A DNA stretch of 11,063 bases, from the NCBI GenBank assembly GCA_029932605.1, contig JAOZPT010000069.1, positions 1 to 11,063 on the forward strand. The letters run 5' to 3'. This document shows positions 6,777 to 11,063 of this stretch, one piece after another. Source of the stretch: Candidatus Zixiibacteriota bacterium. Lineage in GTDB: Bacteria; Zixibacteria; MSB-5A5; UBA10806; 4484-95. Positions within the stretch are counted from its first letter, which is position 1. Every line of letters starts with the position of its first letter. The position numbers and the translations under genes are program-made. A model generated the notes under the pieces. That model did no database searches, was not told the origin of the DNA, and was given only the letters and a program-made list of their open reading frames with translations.

Positions 6777-9653
6777 TTATTTTAACAATATCATTTTTCT
6801 CGAAACACTCTGGTTATCACTTACCAATCGATAGAAATAAACCCCCGATACAACACTTTTTCCATCGTTATTTGTTCCATTCCAAATAATCCTGGATGTC
6901 CCGGCCTGGTTGATATCAAACTCACGCACACGCCTTCCGCTGATATCATAAATAACTAATTTTGCAGGAGCTGATGTTTTAACATCTATGGAAGTGCTGT
7001 TATTAAACGGGTTCGGATAGTTTTGAGAAAGGCTTATATCTAAAGGCAACTCAGAATTAGCATTATCCACTTCCGTCAACCCCGGATACATCCAGAAAGC
7101 CTGGTCCGCCTGGCAACGGATATCATCAAGCGATTCACCGACAACAAAGGCAAATGCCACCACTTCAGAATCACCCTCGGGTATATCATAAGGTCCAACC
7201 GAGAGCAGATGCGAATAATTGCCGGGTATCGATCGCTGTGTCTGCACAAAACCCTCGGTCATAAACTGTATCTTCTCCTCCTCGGAAAACCCATCGATTA
7301 ACTCCTGGTAGTTATCGATAGCCCGATATGAGCTGGCTGGTGACGTTATCGCTTTTACACCGACACACCAGCCGGTGGCAGCATCCTGAACATATCCTAA
7401 CGATAACACATCATCATAACCTACAATGTCATCTGTCCCGGATGAAAGCGGTAAATCCCAGTCACAAAACAGGCCTGCATAAACGTTAACTAAAGCAGCA
7501 CCGGATACGTTTATCAACGAATACTCAACTGTGATAAATTTGAACGGTCCATCCCAGGCGAAACATCTCTGGTTAATGTTAACACCAATCGGTTCCTCTG
7601 CCACCAGATCGGAATAAGCAGCATACCCATCATAATCTGAATACAATCCCGGTTGGACAACCACAGGCTCACCACCAGGCAAAGGTGAAAAGTCATCATC
7701 AGGAATACCAATTGTAGTGCGAGCGCCATCAGAGACTTTTCCATTAGAGGTTATCAAAAAAGCCCCTTCGTACAAAAAATCAGTTCCCCCAACAGGATAC
7801 CGAAATCCGATACCTCCAAATGGATTAATCGAACCATCACCAAGTCCATACTGTCCAAAATTGGAAAAAGTCATCTGCAGGTTATCGTTGGTGATAGTCG
7901 CCACAGCCGGCTCGGTAAGACCACCAATGATAATAGAAAATCTATATAATTGTGACCAGTCACCACTGAAAAACTCTAATGCAAATGGAATTTGCTGCCC
8001 CACGGTCAAATCCTCTGATATATGTACCTCAAATGCCATTGTGGATACGGTGTCAAGATGCCCTATTTCGCCAAGGTCCGCACTGCCCTCAATAACCTCT
8101 GCACCGGAAAGAAGAGATGTTAAACCAGCATATATATTCGACACATTGCCGAGGTTCTCCATCGTCAATCCAAAACTTATCGTCTCGCCCGGGTCAGCCT
8201 TGCCATTTTCTCCATCGATAACGGATACAGATACAGTATGTATTAGGGGATGATCTGGTGGTGGCATATTATAAAGTGATTTTAATATATTTAAAACGCC
8301 ATAACCGTAATTATTGTCTTCACCAGGCGGGCCAACATCAACCGCTCCTGTCAATAAAGCTGCTTTAATCTGGTCAGGGTTGGCTTGGGGATTGAATTGC
8401 CGGAGGATTGCAACTGCACCAGCTACATGCGGCGTAGCCATCGATGTCCCTGACATCGATATATAACCACCGCCGTTATCACAAGATCTTATTCCGACAC
8501 CGGGAGCAACAATCTCGGGCTTTATAGTTACGCTATCACAACCAGAGGGTCCTCTTGAGGAAAATGAAGCGATTTCCAGTGTCTGGCTGTTTATTGCCCC
8601 AACAGCAAAACTATTAAACTGAGTGGTAATTCTGTCAGCTGGTGTTCTGATAGTCGAGGAAAAGGGTCCCTCATTACCAGCCGCAAAAAGACAGACTATC
8701 CCCAGCGCCTCGACATTGTCAATCGCCTCCCAAAATGTCATATCACAGGCACCAAGATAACCGGTTGGCACACCCCACGAGTTGTTAATTACATCAGGCA
8801 TATCATCACTTGTTGAGGGATCGCCATCAGGGTCTGCAGCCCATTGAAATGCCGATAGTATATCGGCAATGGTCCTCTGCACACCTCCTCCTCTATCGAC
8901 AACAGCGGCAGAAATCCACTGTGCGCCAAAAGCCACCCCTATAGTATCACCACCATCAAGACCTACCATCGTGCCCATTGTGTGAGTACCATGACCATGG
9001 CTATCAACAGGAAAATCGGTATTCGTATAGGGGTCAAACCAACTCTCAGACACAGAGGCACCATTCGAACCACGCCAGCTTGGAAGAAGAGCTGGATGGT
9101 TACCATCGACACCGGTATCAAAATTACATACGATAGAACCCTCGCCCGTAAGTCCCATCTCCCAGGCTGTCTTAACTCCTATAACATCCAAACCTGGCTC
9201 ACTGCCGGTTTTAAAATCGGTAGCGATCGCTGAATCAACAGGCATAACCAGCATCAAAGGTAGATTCTTAAAAACATTCTCAACATCATCCCTGCTGGAG
9301 ATATACCTAATAAAACCCGCATCACCCCTTAAATAAACGACGTTGCTTATCCAAAAACTCTTATACTCAGAAACATACTCGAGATTATGCTTTATCTCAT
9401 CGAGAATAGCTTGCTGTTTATCCAATGCCCTTTTTTTCATCTTCTCTATAATTAGCTTGTGCTTCTCTTGCTTGGAAATATCCCGATGTTTCACCAAAAA
9501 GTCAATATCGTCATTTCCTTGACTATCAATAACCTTTAAAATAACTGAAATTTCACCCTCTGCATCTTCCAGGAAAACAGGTATCTCAGCTGAAAAAAGT
9601 GGCGGTATGAGCAAACATATAATCAATATCACAAAATTGTAGTATTTTTTCAT
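6777..9653 (-). CDS. Secreted S8 family serine peptidase (bacillopeptidase F-like catalytic domain) with C-terminal YPNPFN/FlgD-Ig sorting domain
   Basis: The start is moved from 9752 to ATG 9653 (958 aa), based on an AGAGGAGAGG RBS and the signal peptide MKKYYNFVILIICLLIPPLFSA. Prodomain followed by the catalytic triad FDTGVD, HGHGTHTMGT, SGTSMATPHVAG and oxyanion AAGNEG. Ig-like DGENGKADPGET module. C-terminus QNYPNPFN...IYDISGRRVR...WNG...SGVYFYRL...RKMILLK. Confidence 0.95.
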   Translation of the reverse strand: MKKYYNFVILIICLLIPPLFSAEIPVFLEDAEGEISVILKVIDSQGNDDIDFLVKHRDISKQEKHKLIIEKMKKRALDKQQAILDEIKHNLEYVSEYKSFWISNVVYLRGDAGFIRYISSRDDVENVFKNLPLMLVMPVDSAIATDFKTGSEPGLDVIGVKTAWEMGLTGEGSIVCNFDTGVDGNHPALLPSWRGSNGASVSESWFDPYTNTDFPVDSHGHGTHTMGTMVGLDGGDTIGVAFGAQWISAAVVDRGGGVQRTIADILSAFQWAADPDGDPSTSDDMPDVINNSWGVPTGYLGACDMTFWEAIDNVEALGIVCLFAAGNEGPFSSTIRTPADRITTQFNSFAVGAINSQTLEIASFSSRGPSGCDSVTIKPEIVAPGVGIRSCDNGGGYISMSGTSMATPHVAGAVAILRQFNPQANPDQIKAALLTGAVDVGPPGEDNNYGYGVLNILKSLYNMPPPDHPLIHTVSVSVIDGENGKADPGETISFGLTMENLGNVSNIYAGLTSLLSGAEVIEGSADLGEIGHLDTVSTMAFEVHISEDLTVGQQIPFALEFFSGDWSQLYRFSIIIGGLTEPAVATITNDNLQMTFSNFGQYGLGDGSINPFGGIGFRYPVGGTDFLYEGAFLITSNGKVSDGARTTIGIPDDDFSPLPGGEPVVVQPGLYSDYDGYAAYSDLVAEEPIGVNINQRCFAWDGPFKFITVEYSLINVSGAALVNVYAGLFCDWDLPLSSGTDDIVGYDDVLSLGYVQDAATGWCVGVKAITSPASSYRAIDNYQELIDGFSEEEKIQFMTEGFVQTQRSIPGNYSHLLSVGPYDIPEGDSEVVAFAFVVGESLDDIRCQADQAFWMYPGLTEVDNANSELPLDISLSQNYPNPFNNSTSIDVKTSAPAKLVIYDISGRRVREFDINQAGTSRIIWNGTNNDGKSVVSGVYFYRLVSDNQSVSRKMILLK

Positions 9654-9685
9654 ATCCTCTCCTCTTTTCACTAACAAACAGTAAT

Positions 9686-9701
9686 CGCAAAGGGTAGGCC
9701 A
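9686..9701 (-). promoter_or_regulatory. Sigma54 -24/-12 promoter candidate, TGGCCTACCCTTTGCG
   Basis: GG-N10-GC with TGGC and TTGC contexts. The predicted start site near 9675 lies just upstream of the S8 peptidase RBS. Confidence 0.55.
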
Positions 9702-9858
9702 TCTTATAATTAAAAATTCTGGCTTTAAGTGGTATTTATAATATATTACCACATAATGTCTTATGAATTCAGCATAAAGTTCAAACCAAAACTAAGTATA
9801 TGTGAAATAATATTATCTATGCATTTTATTGCAGAGTTTTTTATAGGGCTTTCACGGG

Positions 9859-9890
9859 AAAAAATAACCTCCCGACTATATACCGGAAGG
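9859..9890 (-). terminator. Rho-independent terminator after the upstream secreted-protein gene
   Basis: Transcript CCUUCCGG-UAUAUAG-UCGGGAGG followed by UUAUUUUUU, beginning about 37 nt after the stop codon at 9928. Confidence 0.7.
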
Positions 9891-9927
9891 CGCATCTTAA
9901 AAAGTAAGGTTATTTTTAAATTACGGT

Positions 9928-11063
9928 TTATTTCATTAGAACCATTTTTCTTGTATCCACGTTACCACCAGCTGTTAACTTACAAAAATAAACACCTGAA
10001 GAAACCTCGTTACCGCTGTTATTGGAACCATCCCAGGTTTTCGAATAGACTCCTGGCTTGATGTAACCATCAACCAAAGTTTTTATAAGCTGACCTTTGA
10101 TATTAAAAATCTCGATTTTGACATCACCTTCATATGGGGTTATAAACCTGATATCCGTTGTAGCGTTGAAGGGATTTGGATAATTGCCCAACAATTCATA
10201 TCCAGCCGGTTTCACACCATCAGAACCGATCTCTTTTATACCGGTTGAAGTGACAACCACCACTCTCATCATCCATTCACCATCATTTGTAAAATTCCAT
10301 CCATAATGGGAACTGTACCAGAATGAACGATATAATACCGTATTGGAATCTTGACCAACCGCCGGATTGCCGGGAGCATCCGGTTGCCAGTGCATAACCA
10401 CGAAGAAATCACCCTCGGTGATGAGGGCACCATCCTCCCAGTTGGCAATCGCCCAACCATGAGGTAAACGATTTGCCACAACCTCCCCTCCGCCTGGTAA
10501 TACATCACCGGGAACACCGTCCGATTGGTCATTGATGGTGAAATAGACCGAACTATCACCCAGGACATAAGCTCTGGCAAGGATTATCTTTACCGGATAT
10601 TCATCAGGCGTTATCCTGATGGCACAAGCATTATCATGATATTCTAACGAATCGACAACAAAGAAACGTTCGGGTAAACCATCATCATAAGCTAACTCAT
10701 AACCCTCGACAATCTCCATAGTATATGGTTCATCCGGAGCAGTTGGCGGGAATACCGCCTCGTTGGAATCAGGTGAAGTATCAACAGCAGTGATATAGTA
10801 ATAGATTGTTGTACCTATCGGTTGTGCTGGTATTGCACCCACCCAGGTGTCGTTTTCTGTATTTACCATATCAATACTGAAATATTCAACCTCATCAATC
10901 GAATAATGAATCGTAGCGTAATCAACCCCCGAATCGTCACTAATGTTTGCAACTAAAGGATGGTCACCCTCTTCAGAAAACCCAAGCGCTCGCCAGACAT
11001 GGACTATGGTAGGCGGTTCATGGTCAATGACATAATAACGGACAAACGCTCTTATACAGATAT
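9928..11063 (-). CDS. Secreted multi-domain protein with C-terminal YPNPFN/FlgD-Ig sorting domain (5' partial, function unknown)
   Basis: The frame stays open from 10869 to the window edge (...ICIRAFVRYYVIDHEPPTIVHVWRALGFSEEGDHPLVANISDDSGVDYATIHYSIDEVEYFSIDMVN...), so Met 10869 is internal. It contains an Ig-like module, an ELAYDDG...WMMRVVV domain, and the C-terminus NYPNPFN...IFNIKGQLIK...WDG...SSGVYFCKL...RKMVLMK. Confidence 0.9.
   Translation of the reverse strand, partial: ICIRAFVRYYVIDHEPPTIVHVWRALGFSEEGDHPLVANISDDSGVDYATIHYSIDEVEYFSIDMVNTENDTWVGAIPAQPIGTTIYYYITAVDTSPDSNEAVFPPTAPDEPYTMEIVEGYELAYDDGLPERFFVVDSLEYHDNACAIRITPDEYPVKIILARAYVLGDSSVYFTINDQSDGVPGDVLPGGGEVVANRLPHGWAIANWEDGALITEGDFFVVMHWQPDAPGNPAVGQDSNTVLYRSFWYSSHYGWNFTNDGEWMMRVVVVTSTGIKEIGSDGVKPAGYELLGNYPNPFNATTDIRFITPYEGDVKIEIFNIKGQLIKTLVDGYIKPGVYSKTWDGSNNSGNEVSSGVYFCKLTAGGNVDTRKMVLMK

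Noticed and set aside
516..9233. Plus-strand ORFs (516-710, 608-838, 873-1316, 1884-2285, 4470-4709, 5073-5276, 5170-5391, 6221-6409, 7717-8253, 8982-9233)
   Set aside because: All are antisense shadows of well-supported minus-strand genes, with no recognisable motifs.
9654..9752. 33-aa N-terminal extension of the S8 peptidase in the ORF track
   Set aside because: The strong RBS and signal peptide begin at ATG 9653, and the extension overlaps promoter elements.
9729..10061. 110-aa plus-strand ORF
   Set aside because: Runs across a terminator and antisense into the upstream gene; no RBS or recognisable domain.
5524..10580. Out-of-frame minus-strand ORFs (5524-5802, 6245-6433, 7514-7744, 10269-10580)
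   Set aside because: Nested within intact genes in other frames, with no sign of a frameshift or protein-like motifs.

Overview
All features lie on the minus strand of what looks like core bacterial chromosome. In transcription order (right to left): (1) a 5'-truncated secreted protein with a YPNPFN/FlgD-Ig C-terminal sorting domain (T9SS type A-like), (2) an intrinsic terminator, (3) a secreted S8 subtilase with the same C-terminal domain and a candidate sigma54 promoter, (4) a CstA-family peptide/monocarboxylate transporter with two sigma70-type promoters, a palindromic operator candidate and a structured leader, (5) a DnaQ-exonuclease/DinG Fe-S helicase fusion, (6) an NtrC-family sigma54 response regulator with no kinase beside it, and (7) tRNA-Phe(GAA), cut by the window edge. 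The sorting domains together with TTGACA/TATAAT promoters and GGAGG ribosome-binding sites suggest a non-Bacteroidota FCB-group lineage such as Zixibacteria or Calditrichota (inference). I see no mobile element, CRISPR array or clear defence system. The best candidate for something undescribed is a sigma54-controlled protein-scavenging module with its regulatory elements; this is a hypothesis only.
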